Assembly: GCF_030144855.1 (NCBI RefSeq)
Contig: NC_082710.1
Location: 153,016,001 to 153,080,000 of the forward strand
Direction of reading: 5' to 3'
Source: Hypanus sabinus
Taxonomy: Eukaryota
Length of the DNA stretch: 64,000 nt
The notes below the pieces were generated by a model that did not search any database, was not told the DNA's origin, and was given only the letters and a program-made list of their open reading frames with translations. This document shows, in pieces, positions 37,501 to 50,519 of the stretch (within the stretch, counting starts at the first letter, position 1; the number at the start of each line of letters is the position of its first letter). A program made the translations under genes and the position numbers.

Positions 37501-40500
37501 CACAGCAACCCCCCCCCCCCCCCCAAGGGTGCAGACATGCAATGCTGCAACATTGCCCCACCACCAAGTCTTTGATCATGCACTGCTCCCTCTGTGCAAC
37601 AGTGCAGCTCAGCAATGCCACAGTGCTCCCCTAGCACTGCACCTCTGACACTGCAGCACTCTCTCAGCAATGGTAGATAATTCACTCCTGATTGCGGATC
37701 AGTGTCATTGCTCCAGTGGTGGAGACCATCACTCCAGAAGTGCAGTGCTTCCGTGTTATGATCAATTTGGATTAGGCCAGGTGAAAAGGAACTTCAATGG
37801 AATTAGTCCCAAATCCATGTAGCCAGACCAATCATCTCCCTGCACTCAAAGTGCAAAAAGTGTTCTGATCCATCTGTGCATGTTCAAAATGTTTGGAATT
37901 GACTTCTCAGCTCTGTTCTGTCTTCCCCAATCCATCTCTTCCCATTTCTATTCATAACGTCACTTAGCCATGGAGAGACTGGCCCTTCAGCCTGCTGAGT
38001 CTGTGCTAACACCCACACCCCAGATTTTCATACTCACTCACACACCAGGAGGAACTTACAACTGTTTGCTAACCTAACAAGGAACATAAGGGACATTTCT
38101 TAGATAGGGAAGGAAACAAGGACATCTGGGGAAAGCCAGTGTGGTCACAGATTTTGCACCAAAGCACAACTGGGAGAGGAAGTTGTTGAGTTACACAAGG
38201 CAGCTGCTCCAGATAATTCAGATTTGCTCGTTCTACCTGTAACCCCTTGGAATTCTTCCTGGGTGGTTTTTTTCTCCCTCCATCACAATGATGCACAGGT
38301 AGGTGCATTAAATGGCAACTGCAAATTGCCATAAGTGTCTGGGTGAGGGGCAGAATCTGAGCAGAAGATTGTGATAACGTGGTGAGCATGAAATAAAAAT
38401 ATAGGACTAGTAACACTGATTGCTTGTTAGGCAGTGTGGCTACTGGGCTGGATAGCTTGTTTGTGTAACTTTTTTGATGTTTTGCTTTTCAAACAGGCAT
38501 TCAACTTAGTTGTCTCAGTTGAGTCTTTCCGCACAATTAGACTGGTAACTCTTTGTTGTTTTCTTGCACATAGACATAGACTCATACAGCACCGAACTAG
38601 ACCTTTTGACCCACCCAGTCTATGCTGGCTATCAACCACTGATTTGCTCAAATTCTACACTGATCCCATTTTGTTTGTCACATATTTCAATAATTTTCCC
38701 CAATTCCCACACATTAGAGACAACTTACAGCAGTGAATTTATCTCCTAATATGTTTTGTCTTTGGAATATGGAGAGAAAAATGATGCACTTGGGGGAATC
38801 TTGTGGGGTCACAGAAGTAAGTTGCAAACTCTTTGCTGACAGCACCAGAAGTCAGGATCAAACTTAGGTTTCTGAAGCTATGAGGCAGTGACTCTCCTTT
38901 CTGCACCACTTTGCTGGATGAGCTTTTCTGCAAGTGAGAGTGTTTTCTGAAGGTTGCACACAGAGTGACTGATTGACATTGGACAGCACAGTAGGTGGAG
39001 GCAAAGCAGGAGTGAAGTGTGGGAGGTAGAGAGTGTGGTTCACATCATGAGTGGGAGAGGTAGTGGACAGTGAGTGGTAGAGGAGTGAGGGTGACATGTT
39101 CAGGACTGAGGGTGTGTGGTGCAGGGTGAAGGAGGTAAAGAGTGATGGTCCAGGAATGTGGGTAACAGTGAGGAACGTGTGTGAACTTTGAGGGCAAGGA
39201 TTCAGGAGAGTGAGGAGTCTGAGGTATACAAGAATGAAGGATATAAAATTCATTGAAAATTTATTATCTAAACTATATAAACTACATATTATGTTACCAT
39301 ATACTGTACTAACTCCAGATTCCTTTTCTTGCAGGCATGTAAGGGAAAGAAAGAAATACAATTAAAAAAAACAAATAAATGAAGAAAACCTGACAAACAA
39401 CCACTGTGGAAAAGAAGACAAACCGTAAATACAAATAATATTGAGAACATGAGTTGTAAAGAGTCCTTGAAAGTGAGTCTGGAGCTTATAAAATTAGTTC
39501 AGAGTAGTGGTGAATGAAGTTATCATGCCAATTTAGGAGCTGATGGTTGTAGGGCAATAACTGTTTCTGCCCTGGTAATGTGAAGTCTAAGGTGTCTGTA
39601 CATCCTACCCAATAGTAGTTGCAAGAAGACTGGATGGTAGGGGTATTTGAAGATAGATATGCTTTGTTGTAACAGCTCTCCATGTAAGTGTACTGTAATG
39701 GACTGGTCTGTATATACCACTTTCAGTAGACTTTAAAGCTACTGACCCTCTTCACCTCTGATCAGCTAATAAGGACTGGCTTGTGAACCTCATGCTTCTT
39801 CCTCCTGTAGTTAATAATAAACTCTTTGGTTTTACTGATGTTGAGTGAGAGATTGCTATTGTTCTACAAGCTCCCAAATCAATCCCTCCCTTTCCAATCG
39901 TAAATAAATCCTGTTCCTTGGAATTTATTCTAAATGACTTCCCTACAACTCAGATAATGACTATCAGCCTCTAGTTACTTTGCACATTCCTGGTGCTCTT
40001 CTTGGATAAAAGAACATTACATATCCTCCAGCCCTCTGCTGCCTCACTATGGCTAACAAAAGTGAAAAATTCTCCACTTTGGCCCGAACTAATAACTTTA
40101 CTTCCTCTATTATCTGAGGATAGACCTTCCACCAATTTAGGACAGAATATCAGTTGTGGTTGAAACCTGGAAAGTATGGCACATTGGGGAAGAGGGAAGA
40201 ATGTGGCAGGGTGGGTGGTGGGAACGGGACTACAGTAGGAGGAAGAACACCCGATGGATGGTGAAGGGAGAACGAATGGGGAGTGCAAGTGCACAGGGAA
40301 GGAAAGTCATGGCCATACCGCATGAAACAGGCAATTCAGTCCACCATGTCCATGTCAACCAGTGAGTACCCTGCCTTATTAAACTGATCTTCCAACAATT
40401 GTTCCTTTGTCTTCTGCAGCTGGGAGATACACGTGTTTGTCCAGATGCAACTTCAGTGCTGTCAGTGATTCTGCTTCCAGAACTAACTGGAAATGTGTTC

Positions 40501-41387
40501 CAGATACTCACTGCTTTCTGGCAGAAAAGGTCATCCAGTCTTTTCCCTATTACCCAAGTCAATCACCTCAATAAATACCTGTGACACGAGGAGTAGAGTC
40601 TTGTACTCTATTTGTACTCAATGCAATTTCAGGACCCCTCAAACAGCCTCTGTCCCGGGGAGAACAAATCCAGCCTCTCCAGCCTTTTCTCATTAATCAG
40701 CCATTCTAGATGCACGTCTTCTCCATCCTCTATACTGTTCACAAATCCTTCTTGTAGTGTGGAACTGCACACAGGCTCCAACACTCAAGAGGGAGGAGAG
40801 CGCACACTGTGCAGTCGACAGTGCAGTTCATGGGTAGGGATGCATGAATGAACGTGGGAAAGCGTACGGGGGTGGGGGAGATTTGGGGAAAGAGCGTGCG
40901 GGGTTAGAGTGTGCTTGGGCGGCACGGGGGCGCGTGCACGAATGAAGAAACCGCACATAGGAATAGGACAGGGTGGCTGTAGGCAAGTGGGGGGAGGGAG
41001 AGGGATAGGTGCAGATTGGGGAGCAATGAGTTTGCTGGGAAGTCCGCACTGGCGTCTGGCAGTGTGTTGTATGAAGTATAATCCTAGTTGTCCAGGAGCG
41101 GGGGCGCAAGATACGAGTTCCGCAGAATCGAGTGGATAGAGCCTCGTGAGTGTACAGTCGCTAGAATTTAGAGCAGAATCTAAAATTCTGGGGGATCTCG
41201 TGTGGAGGGAAGTGGACAGTCGACATTTTGGAATCTTATCTCTACTCTCAGTCCTTCACCTAGCTGGCTACCTGCCCTTTAACCTTCCAGTCTAGAGGAA
41301 GTATCTCGACCCAAAACGTCGTCTGTGCATTTCCCTCAATAGATGCAGCCTGACCCGCTCAGTTCTTGCATCAGTTTTGTTTTACAG

Positions 41388-41467
41388 CAGGGGTTCCCAA
41401 CCTGGGGTCCATGGACCACTTGCTTAATGGTACTGGTCGATGGAATTAAAAAGATTGGGAACCCCTG
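41388..41467. mobile_element. 80-bp hAT-type MITE
   Basis: TIR caggggttcccaa...ttgggaacccctg; imperfect 8-bp TSD ttttacag/ttttatac. Confidence 0.7.
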
Positions 41468-41874
41468 TTTTATACAGTGGCTGGTGACGGTTTTTGGCGA
41501 GCATCTACTGAGAGGATCCTGGAAACCTGCCCAGAGACATGTCGGTGACTGGGCGTTGCTGCCTGCGCCCCCCTGTCGCTGTCTGCACGTGTCCACATCC
41601 TTACATGAAGAGGTTTGGCTCCGCACCCTGCCTCTGCACATCCTGTACCTGGCCGGCTGTCTACCGCCCCACCTCCCTCCCTCCCTCTCTCCACACTCCG
41701 GAGCAGCGGCGGGGCTGTTTATTTCTGCAGGAAGATTTTTAATTACAGGAGTTCTTACTGGTTGTTCCTTGTAGAGAGCGCTATTTATCCCCGAATTGCC
41801 TCCGTGAATTTTATCTGCGCCCTCAGCAGTTTATTGGCAAACGAGTAGATTTGTCGAGGTGCGGTGACACCGCA

Positions 41875-41947
41875 ATGGAGAGTCGGAACGAACTGGGATC
41901 GCTCCTTTTTACCATATTGTCTCTCTGCGGGAAGCCAGGCTGGGAAG
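41875..41947 (+). CDS. Candidate signal-peptide (leader) exon of an unidentified gene
   Basis: ATG in CpG-rich unique sequence, MESRNELGSLLFTILSLCGKPGWE. Possible donors are TGC G|ggaagc (GT changed to GG) or GAAG|gcaagg, both phase 1. No downstream exon identified. Confidence 0.3.
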
Positions 41948-42199
41948 GCAAGGCTGTGTGATTGTTTTAAAGGACTGTGGTTGCGATTTGGAAACTCACC
42001 GCTAATCTCGAGAGATCCCAGGCTCTCCATTAAAGATCCTCCATTAGACTGGAGAACGGCTACATCGCACTGATACAGAGGAAGTCCAAGATGCTGGGGA
42101 ATTTCTGGAGTCTATAAGTTCGGGATAAAATTATCACTGAAAAATGTTCAACTGGTCTTTGAGATTTGTCGCGGATTCCAAAAGATCTCTTTTCTCTAT

Positions 42200-44030
42200 G
42201 AAGTTTAACAGCAGTTGGCAGATCTACATAAGGTGCATTACCGCCACCTACTGAATTGGGGTGTGGAGTAAAGAGACGGGACTAATATCCACGATATCAC
42301 CTCACCCCCCACCCCCCGCCCCCCAACACAAACCATCACCAAGAAATCCTCAAATAATATCAAAATGAAAGTTAATGCTCACTTAAACACATGAGATGGC
42401 AGTGGTATCATAACAAACTTTCTACGTTCACCTGTGTGCCAAAGATCGCAATTCAGCAATAAGATGTTTCCTTTCCACCTCTTAGGAACTACATTCAAAC
42501 AATGTATGCTGCACTGTTTCTTGACAAATATACTCACTGCAGATGCTAATGTCATGCATATTATTCAACTTAGTATTTCCAATATGTAAATGTATAAGTG
42601 TGACTTCTTTCATTTCATACCCATCTGCTAGTTGAGTTCCCACCATCCTATGAATTTTATTTAAAAGCCATTGTTTTATTTCCTTATCCCAACTAAAAAG
42701 GTACTTCACCTATTTATCCCACTAATAGTGCTATTTGGGAAATTTAATAGTACCACAACATAATCTAAATGCCTGAGCTTGAATTTTATCTAGAGTCTTT
42801 AAGACTTCTAGTGAGGCTGATCCATAAGTAACACATCCATAATCAAACAGATCTGATTAAAGCAATATACATTTATTTAACTGACCTCCTACTCACACCC
42901 AACTAAGCAACTGAGCACATTAACGGCTTTTTATATTTCTCTGGAATCTTATTCACATACACTTTTCATGTTACCCTTGAATCTATCCACATATCTACCA
43001 CAAACATAAAACTTCATCAGTATCTCTTGTTTAAGTGGTGTAATATATAACTTGAGATCATGTCTGGGTGTAATGTTCCTTTCAGAAAAACAAATAAATT
43101 TGGACCATGCAAGAGAAAATTTAAACACACACGGACATCACACAGACCTCCTCTCCAGCATTAACTCAAAAGAGTCCGGATTGTAGCTAAGGGTGGATCC
43201 AGCCTTTCTGATGAGTCTATTTAGGCTTTTTGCATCATCAGCACTGATGCTGCTCCCCCAACGTAAAGCAGCAAAGGAGACTTGCTACAACAGACTGGTA
43301 AGTGATTTCCAAAATCCTGCTGCACACATTGAAGGATCTCAGCTTCACTAAATTTCAACCCACAATTGACTCGTAAACAACCCAAAACTCCAAAAGTCTA
43401 CTGAATATGCTATCCCATTTTTGACAAATGTAGCCACTTCTCCAATGCCCATTTTCCAATCATGGCTTATGTTAACATAGTTTTGTATTTTGAAACTTAC
43501 AGGATTTCAACCAGGTTTCCTGTACACATGACATGAGGTTTATTAGTAAATCTTCAATAAATGTCTTAACCTCTTGACCATTAGCTAACAGACTTGCAGA
43601 ATTCCATTGTAAGATTAAAAAGCCATTAAAAACTCTCCTTTGAAATGTGAACATTTTTACTCCTTGAATAGCTTCTGGAGTCTCTTGTCTCAATGTTTTC
43701 TTCTGCTTTTTATTTAGTCCTATTTTAGTTTGTGCTGTGCAATTTACCACATCTGTCATGAAAGTTTATCAACAATCAGAGAATCCCTTATTATATATTA
43801 ATGCACTTTACACAATGCCATTAAACTATCTGCATTCTGGATATTAATAGATCCCATTGACACTGTCTTCTATACTTTCTGCAGAGCCTCTGCATATGAT
43901 ATGCCTATTTCCATCCAAACACATAAATATGCAGGACATCCCGGATAATCAAGTTACCTTTTCCTTGACAGTTGCTACAATTTAGCCTAATGCTTTCTCC
44001 ACTATTGCCATAATCACCACATCTACCACA
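42200..44030 (-). mobile_element. Degenerate Nimb/I-clade LINE
   Basis: APE start LILQWNSASL...GQE; C-terminal ICQETVQHTLFEC; 3' motif gtaggtggcggtaatgcacc on the minus strand at about 42230-42250. Confidence 0.6.
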
Positions 44031-44629
44031 TTGCTTTTTACCCTTACACACTGCTACTACACGACTGAACAAGATTTAACTTGGCCATGGATACATCTAG
44101 AGGCACTCCAGAGATTACACCCCAAAGCCATTTTGTATAATTACTTGGTGTTATTTTCTTCCTCCCACTGCTTTGAACCCCCAAAGTTTTCTCACATTGC
44201 TTTCTATCCTTGTAATATCTCTATAAAGGTTTTGCATGCACAATATTTCACAATTTTTCAGATCGATAGTTGCTATGATTGGATTTATATTGGAGGCAGA
44301 TCCACATTCAAAACCTTAAACTCTTCCTTCTTTTAGTTAAATCCTGTCGACTGCCATCGTCACTGGAAGATAAGCCTCTACAATCTTCAAAGAGCTTTTT
44401 GTTTCTCAGTTTCCCAGAAATCTGCCATTTGCCTTCCTCCATACACCTCCCAGTCGCTACCGCCGAGGTCCCCGTTCCTTCCTGCCATCTCTACCCCCTC
44501 CTGCCTGACAGAAAACTCCCAACGGTGGGCTTAGTCCATTGTTCCAACCCCAGTCAGCTTAATTAGCTTGGTGGATGACTTGCAAGCATACACAAACCTT
44601 CCCAGCCCCTCAGATGCCCAAGGATGACA

Positions 44630-45374
44630 ACCGCATCACCTTAAGGCAGACATCACACAAAAACCACTGATTTCCCTCAGGGTAGCAAACACCTCCTCCT
44701 CTGTAATCTGTCCAGGGTCCATGAAGTTGATGCTGCCTTGCCTCACTTCTGTTAAGTCTGTGTCTATCTCCTGAGTAAATAAAGATGGAAAGAATGTATT
44801 TAAGATTTCTCCCATCTGTTTCAGCTCCACACTCAGATTACTATTCTGATCTTCCAGTGGACCAATGTTGTCCCTTGCAATCCTTTTGCTCTTAATATAT
44901 CTATAGTATCCTTTGGGATTCTCCTTGACCTTCTCTGCTTGAGCAACTTTATGTCTTAGCCTTACTGATTTCTTTCTTGTGTTCTCTTGCATTTCTTGTA
45001 CTCCATCAGCACCTCATTTGTTTCCCCACTGCTGATGCCTGCTCGACACTTTCTTTTTTCTCTTAACCTGGGGCTCAACATTTCTTGAAACCCAAGGCTC
45101 CCTGCACTTCTTATCTTTACCTTTTATTTAGCAAGTACATACAGCTTTGTACTCTCAAAATTTGTTTTTGAAGGCCTCTCACTTTCCAAGTACTCCTTTG
45201 CAAAAAAATAGGATGTCACAATCCACACTTACCAGATTCTTTCTTGTACCATCAAAATTAGACTTTCTCCAAGTTAGAATCTCAACCAGTGGACTGGACC
45301 TATCTTTTTGCTTATTTACCTTGAAACTAATGGCATTATGGGCACTGGATGCAAAGTGTTCCCCTATATAAACT
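44630..45374 (-). mobile_element. CR1 ORF2 fragment cut by the assembly gap
   Basis: ORF 44636-44992 KENPKGYYRYIKSKR...IGPLEDQ...LNTFF is CR1-typical. Confidence 0.8.
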
Positions 45375-45549
45375 NNNNNNNNNNNNNNNNNNNNNNNNNN
45401 NNNNNNNNNNNNNNNNNNNNNNNNNNNNNNNNNNNNNNNNNNNNNNNNNNNNNNNNNNNNNNNNNNNNNNNNNNNNNNNNNNNNNNNNNNNNNNNNNNNN
45501 NNNNNNNNNNNNNNNNNNNNNNNNNNNNNNNNNNNNNNNNNNNNNNNNN
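45375..45549. other. Assembly gap (175 N)
   Basis: Run of N. Confidence 1.
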
Positions 45550-45559
45550 AACCATGGGT

Positions 45560-47345
45560 ACTGCACCTCTGGTAGTCACTGCAGTGGCCTCTTCAGGGCG
45601 CAAGCCGGGGCAGAATTGATATGGAGATCCATCTGTGCCCATGCAGTGGGACCCCTCTCTCCATGCTGATGACAGGTCCAGAGGAACAACGAAAGTTGAT
45701 ACAGTTTGGTGCCTGCAGCATTGCAGGAGTTGCTGTGCCGGTTCTGGGTACAGCAGTCAGCCGCTTTCGGGACTCTGATTCTGGATTTTTCCTCGAGGTT
45801 TACCCCAAACCCTTTCCCATGAGCAGGTATAGTTGCACGGCAGCGGAGGTTTGAAATTTGAGTTTTCCTTCTCCGACATGAGCTACCATCCATGGTTAAT
45901 GAGCCCCACCTGTCCAGTCATTCCCTAATAGCAGATCAAGTATCCATAATGCCATAAGACATAGGAGCAGCATTAGGCCATCTGATCCATCGAGTCTTCT
46001 CCGGCATTCAATCATGGCTGATCCTTTTTTTTTCTCCTCCTCAACCCTAGTTCACGGCCTTCTCCCCATAACATTTGATGCTAAGTCCAATCAAGAACCT
46101 ATCAATCTCTGCCTTAAGTACACCCAGCGACCTGGCCTCCACAGCTGCCTGTGGCAACAGATTCCGCAAATTCACCACCTTTGAGGGGAACGGCCACAGG
46201 GGTGCTCTGCTGTAACTGCCTATTTCTATTTTCCGAACTCCTGCAGCTTCGGGGTGCATACTACCTGTAACTTTGATCAATTATCCGCTCAGTCTCCTGT
46301 ATAATCCAAAGGTCATCCAGTTCCTGCTCCAGATCCCTAACACTGTCTTTAAGGAGCTGCAGGCAGATGCACTTCACGCAGGTGTAGATCTCCGGGAGAT
46401 TCTGGGTCTCCCAGTTCTCCAACATCTGGCACGAAGAGCACATTACAGCCATTTAAATAGTATAGTAAAAGAGGATTAAAAAAAAACAAAAAGCAAACGT
46501 TAACAGACACCTTATTGTCCCACCCAACCTCAATTTAACTGTATATTGCTTAAAGGCAAATTACACACTGCAGATTGCAGTGAGAGTAATTCAAAAGAGA
46601 TATATTTGGAAGTATTGTACATAGCACACAGAATGTCGCCATGATTCACCGGCACCATATTGCAGCTTTAGCAAACCCCATTTTTAGAGTCACCCCATAA
46701 TGTATGTGTGGCGTGTCATGGCGAAGGCCTCTTCCATGTCCGACCTGACATGGGAGACATCCAACCCTCTCTTCTGCACTTAGTCGATGATATCCCTGAG
46801 TAGCTCGAGTCTGTCAGAGATTTTCCTGCTCGGTACAGAATACTGAAGAGAAGTGCTGCGGGAGCTCTGCGCTGTCAGAGCAGCGGTATTTAGTGACTTC
46901 AGCAGTGGTCGGAGACAATACTGAGAGAGCACTGCAGAGTGAAGCGATCGGCACTGATGGGCTTGTTGAGGCTTCTGTCGGTCAGCGTTGACCATGGATG
47001 TGGCATCCTAGCTGTCCAGATACGCAAGCCTGGGCAATACAATGTGGAGAACGAGCTGTTGCCCATGTAGCAAGCTCTCTCTCTCTCTCTCTCTCCGGGC
47101 ATCTGATGAACCGAGAGGAACAGCAGAGACCGATACACTTTGGCACCAGCTGAGTCGCGGGATTTGCCAGTCAGCGATAAACTCAATGTACGGACTGCAG
47201 CTCCAGATTTTTCCCTCAGGGTTTACTCCCAAAGCCTTCCCCATGAGTGGGTATAGCTGCAAGGCATCAGAGGTTTGAGATCAGAGTTTTCCTTCTCCTA
47301 GATCAATTGCCAAGCAGGGCTGGCGAGCCGCATCTGCCTGAGGTG
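45560..47345 (-). mobile_element. Cluster of RTE-type 5' fragments (about 45560-45915 and 46700-47345) with CR1 3' and ORF1 fragments between them
   Basis: Two related copies of gagttttccttctcc...gagcc.ca.ctg.cc; CR1 ORF1 MCSSCQMLE...TCVKC at 46261-46452; CR1 3' tail at 45955-46190. Confidence 0.5.
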
Positions 47346-49292
47346 ACTGGTTTTAAAGTGACAGTACGGTAACCCAGCTTTGGTCTTTCTCCTGTCAGTA
47401 GAAACAGTTCCGCTGGGCGAGGTAGCTGAACCACACAGGAAGATCAGGAACTGGACTGGGTTGTCAGGCTATTTGAGTCGCACCCCATTAGACAGTGGCA
47501 GCGTATCCCCATTGCCACCCCGGCGATAGCAACCTTAAGGAACTAACTGATGGACGTCCGCACTGTTACAAGGACAATAAAGTAACAATCCAATAATCAA
47601 CTGACTGGCTTTGCAGCGATCACAAAGGTTCAGTATCCAGCTCAGCAGTTAATGTTTGCCGGGCTCCCTCTCACTCACTGAAGCCCTGCTTCTTCCGGTC
47701 CATCACTGAAACCCGTTTCCTGCGCACCCTTTCTGCTTGGCTGGTTCATGGCAAAATGTATTCTCATATTATGTAATAGTTCTTACAAACGAGTTAAGAG
47801 GCTGGTGAGGTACCAATGCAAATAATCCTGAGAACCTGCGGATCGAACCCCACCAGAAAACACCAGAACATATGAAGGTTTCAATATGCAGGTCGTTCCC
47901 GGGTCCTGTGAACTGGCCATCACCCGAATTCCTTTGTGTGTGGGAAAGGATTGCGGGAACAGGAGAGACGGGAGAACGATGTAGACACGGGAACAGCGGC
48001 CGCCAGAGGGCTACTTCCATGCCTGGTGTCCCTGGAGAAGGCGTCTAAGTGTCCATGGCTTTTTCAGGGACCGACGGGCACCTCAGGGGCTCAAGTGCGT
48101 TTGGACAGTGACTTCTTCTTCTGCTTATCGTGGAGAGTGACGACCGTATTATAATATGAAATTGTAAATAGTGTGTTTGTCCTGTAAAACGTATAATATT
48201 GTATTCTTGTGATATTGTAATGGTATATATAAACCTTGGTTTAAATATAAAGTGCGTCCATCAGCTGGCCTATTTGACTCAGTGAGCGAAGGAGCGAGTC
48301 TCCTCAGCTCCACCCAGAACCCAATTAGTGCAACTTTGGGTGGGGAGCGAGCAGGCACGGTAGATGCCCCGTATCCTCCCGGCAGAAGGTGCCCGCAGCT
48401 CCGTATAAGCCCCAATACACCCCGGTCTGGAAAATGCTCGATTGCACGAGTGTCTTTAAGTGTCCATAAGTCGAGCGTTTGTAACTGGGGAGTGCCTGTT
48501 CCGCGAACATAAGAAAGAACCCCCAAGAATTCCAGCAGCACAAGCGAAGTGCTGAAGGAACTCCAGAGGCCAGGACCCAGGTGAATCTCCACCGCATTCC
48601 CTCCATAGTAAGTCCTGTGAAGCTCCGATATCCCAGCACGCTCAAGACTTCAGAGGAACCAGACAATCAGATTTTCACGAGTACTGAATGTAACCCAATT
48701 TAATATCCCAGTGTGTAGTTACCTCTTTTAAAGATCTTACGCAATGTTATGATAAATTTTCCCGTGATTCCGGAAGAGTGGACGGCATCAGGAGCCTGGT
48801 CAATTTACAGGGAGCGTGGTATCCGGGACACTAACAAGTTTCTGGGGGAGGCCGAGAACAGGAACTCCGGTAGTGTTCCGGGGACCCTGTGAATTCAGTA
48901 GAGAATAACGGGTGAGTTTGAAGGGAACACAGAAAATAGACATTTTATTGGGAAAACAGAAGTAGAGACCCAAGTGAGTCTCCTCGAACTATGGGAATTG
49001 AGGCAACAGTGAGGTTCAGGGAGCAGGGGATATGTTATATGTGACCCAGATGCTGATATATCAGATTAATCAAAATCTTACCTTGTATAGCTCCGCCCTG
49101 GAGTATGAACACCCAATTTTTGGACAAACATGAATGAACTAACTAACGAAATTTCAATTTGTCTGAAGGTTTCCTGTAATTTTTAAAACAATTTTAGGAC
49201 TTCCATCACTTTAGAGCTGAGATTCATGGTTGAGTTTGTGAGCTGAATCTAGTGATCTGGCTTTAACCAATGTAGTCAGAGCCTGACCATGC

Positions 49293-50335
49293 ATGCAGGC
49301 ACTTCAAGATGGGGCTAAGGAACCTGAAACAGGAGTGACAGGGTTTGTGGTGGCTATAGCAGCAAAAGAAATTGCAATCAGCAAAAGAACATCTGATAAG
49401 TTAATGGTGTATGCAGTGGAGATGCTAGCAGTGTTGGTTCCGTTGCATTGGGTGGAGAAAGCTAGACTAGTCAAAGCATTGATATGCTCAGATTCATCCT
49501 CAGTTCTAGCAAGATTAAGGTCTTCTCACTCAAACAGCCGGCAAGATGTACTTCATGAAGTCCTTCAGTCAGTCACAAGAGTTGCAAATCAGAGAGGTCC
49601 GGTTAATCTGCTATGGGTTCCAGCTCATGGAGGGGTGAAGGGGAATGAGAGGGTGGATGAGTTGGCAAAGAGGGTGTTAAAGAAAGAAAATATAGAAATG
49701 CACATTAGTATCAGTAAAGCAGAGGTTAAGTGTGTTATCTGGGGAAAAATCAACCAAATGTGGCAAGAAAGATGGGACAAGGAGGGGAAAGGGAGGCATT
49801 TATATCAAATACAAAAAAGTTTTGCAGGTACTATGGTAGGTAGTAGATACAGAAGAGAGGAAATTGTGTGGACTAGGTTAAGGTTGGGGCACTGTGCACT
49901 AAACCAAACATTGTAATTGATAGGGAAACACCAGACAGGACTGTGTGAGGAATGTCAGGAAGAGGAGTCAGTAGAATATGTAGTTCTAAGTTGCAGCAAG
50001 TATGGGATACAGAGAGAGATGATGAGAATTAATCTAAGGGAATTGGGGGAGCAGGAATTCACAATAAAAGGGTTGCTGACAATGGATGAGAGAGCACAGT
50101 TTAGGGTATTTTTAGCTTTCTTAAGGGGTACAGGGGTTTTTGTTTTTTTATAGGATATGATGGATAAACAGGAATGGGGTACTAGGATGGCTAAAGATGG
50201 GAGGATAAAGTGTAGGTTAGGGTATGTGTTTGTGGGATTGGGTGAAGGGATTTAGAATGTGAGACTATTGCACATTCCGGAGCAGAAGGTGGCGGTAGTG
50301 CGCCACTAAGCTGGGTGCCAACCACTGTAAAACAA
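49293..50335 (+). mobile_element. 5'-truncated Nimb/I-clade LINE with RNase H domain
   Basis: RNase H motifs VYAVEMLA, ICSDSSS, WVPAHGGVKGNERVDELAK; then TRLRLGH and CEEC...ESVEY...C; 3' motif gaaggtggcggtagtgcgcc. Confidence 0.88.
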
Positions 50336-50519
50336 GGATAGAGAGAGAGAGTGCTCGCTTTCCCATTTCTGTTCAAAGTAAAGATATTATCAGAGTATGT
50401 ATATGTTACCATATACAACCCTGAGTTTGGATTTCTATTGGGCATACACTGAATCCAAGAAACTCAATAGAATTATCTAACCAAAAATCTGTTCAAAAAA
50501 GCTGTGATGCAGCCAGACA

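Larger units (their letters stand above)
22918..39311 (+). repeat. Segmental tandem duplication, copy 2 (about 8.3 kb core plus CR1/Gypsy insertion)
   Basis: Begins aacacccacctgaaca (matches 8907) and ends catatactgtacta (matches 22909); head-to-tail with copy 1. Confidence 0.95.
40800..42080. promoter_or_regulatory. CpG-rich island / putative promoter region
   Basis: CG dinucleotides are visibly denser than in flanking DNA; GC box (ccgccc, about 41664), TATA-like tatttat (about 41787) and ATTGG (about 41833) lie upstream of ATG 41875. Confidence 0.4.

Noticed and set aside
45308-45669. ORFs spanning the run of N
   Set aside because: Artefacts of translating the assembly gap.
47570-49290. 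CpG-containing segment with LTR-like composition and ORFs of 83-147 aa
   Set aside because: No matching termini, TSD, PBS or protein motif could be fixed; left unclassified.
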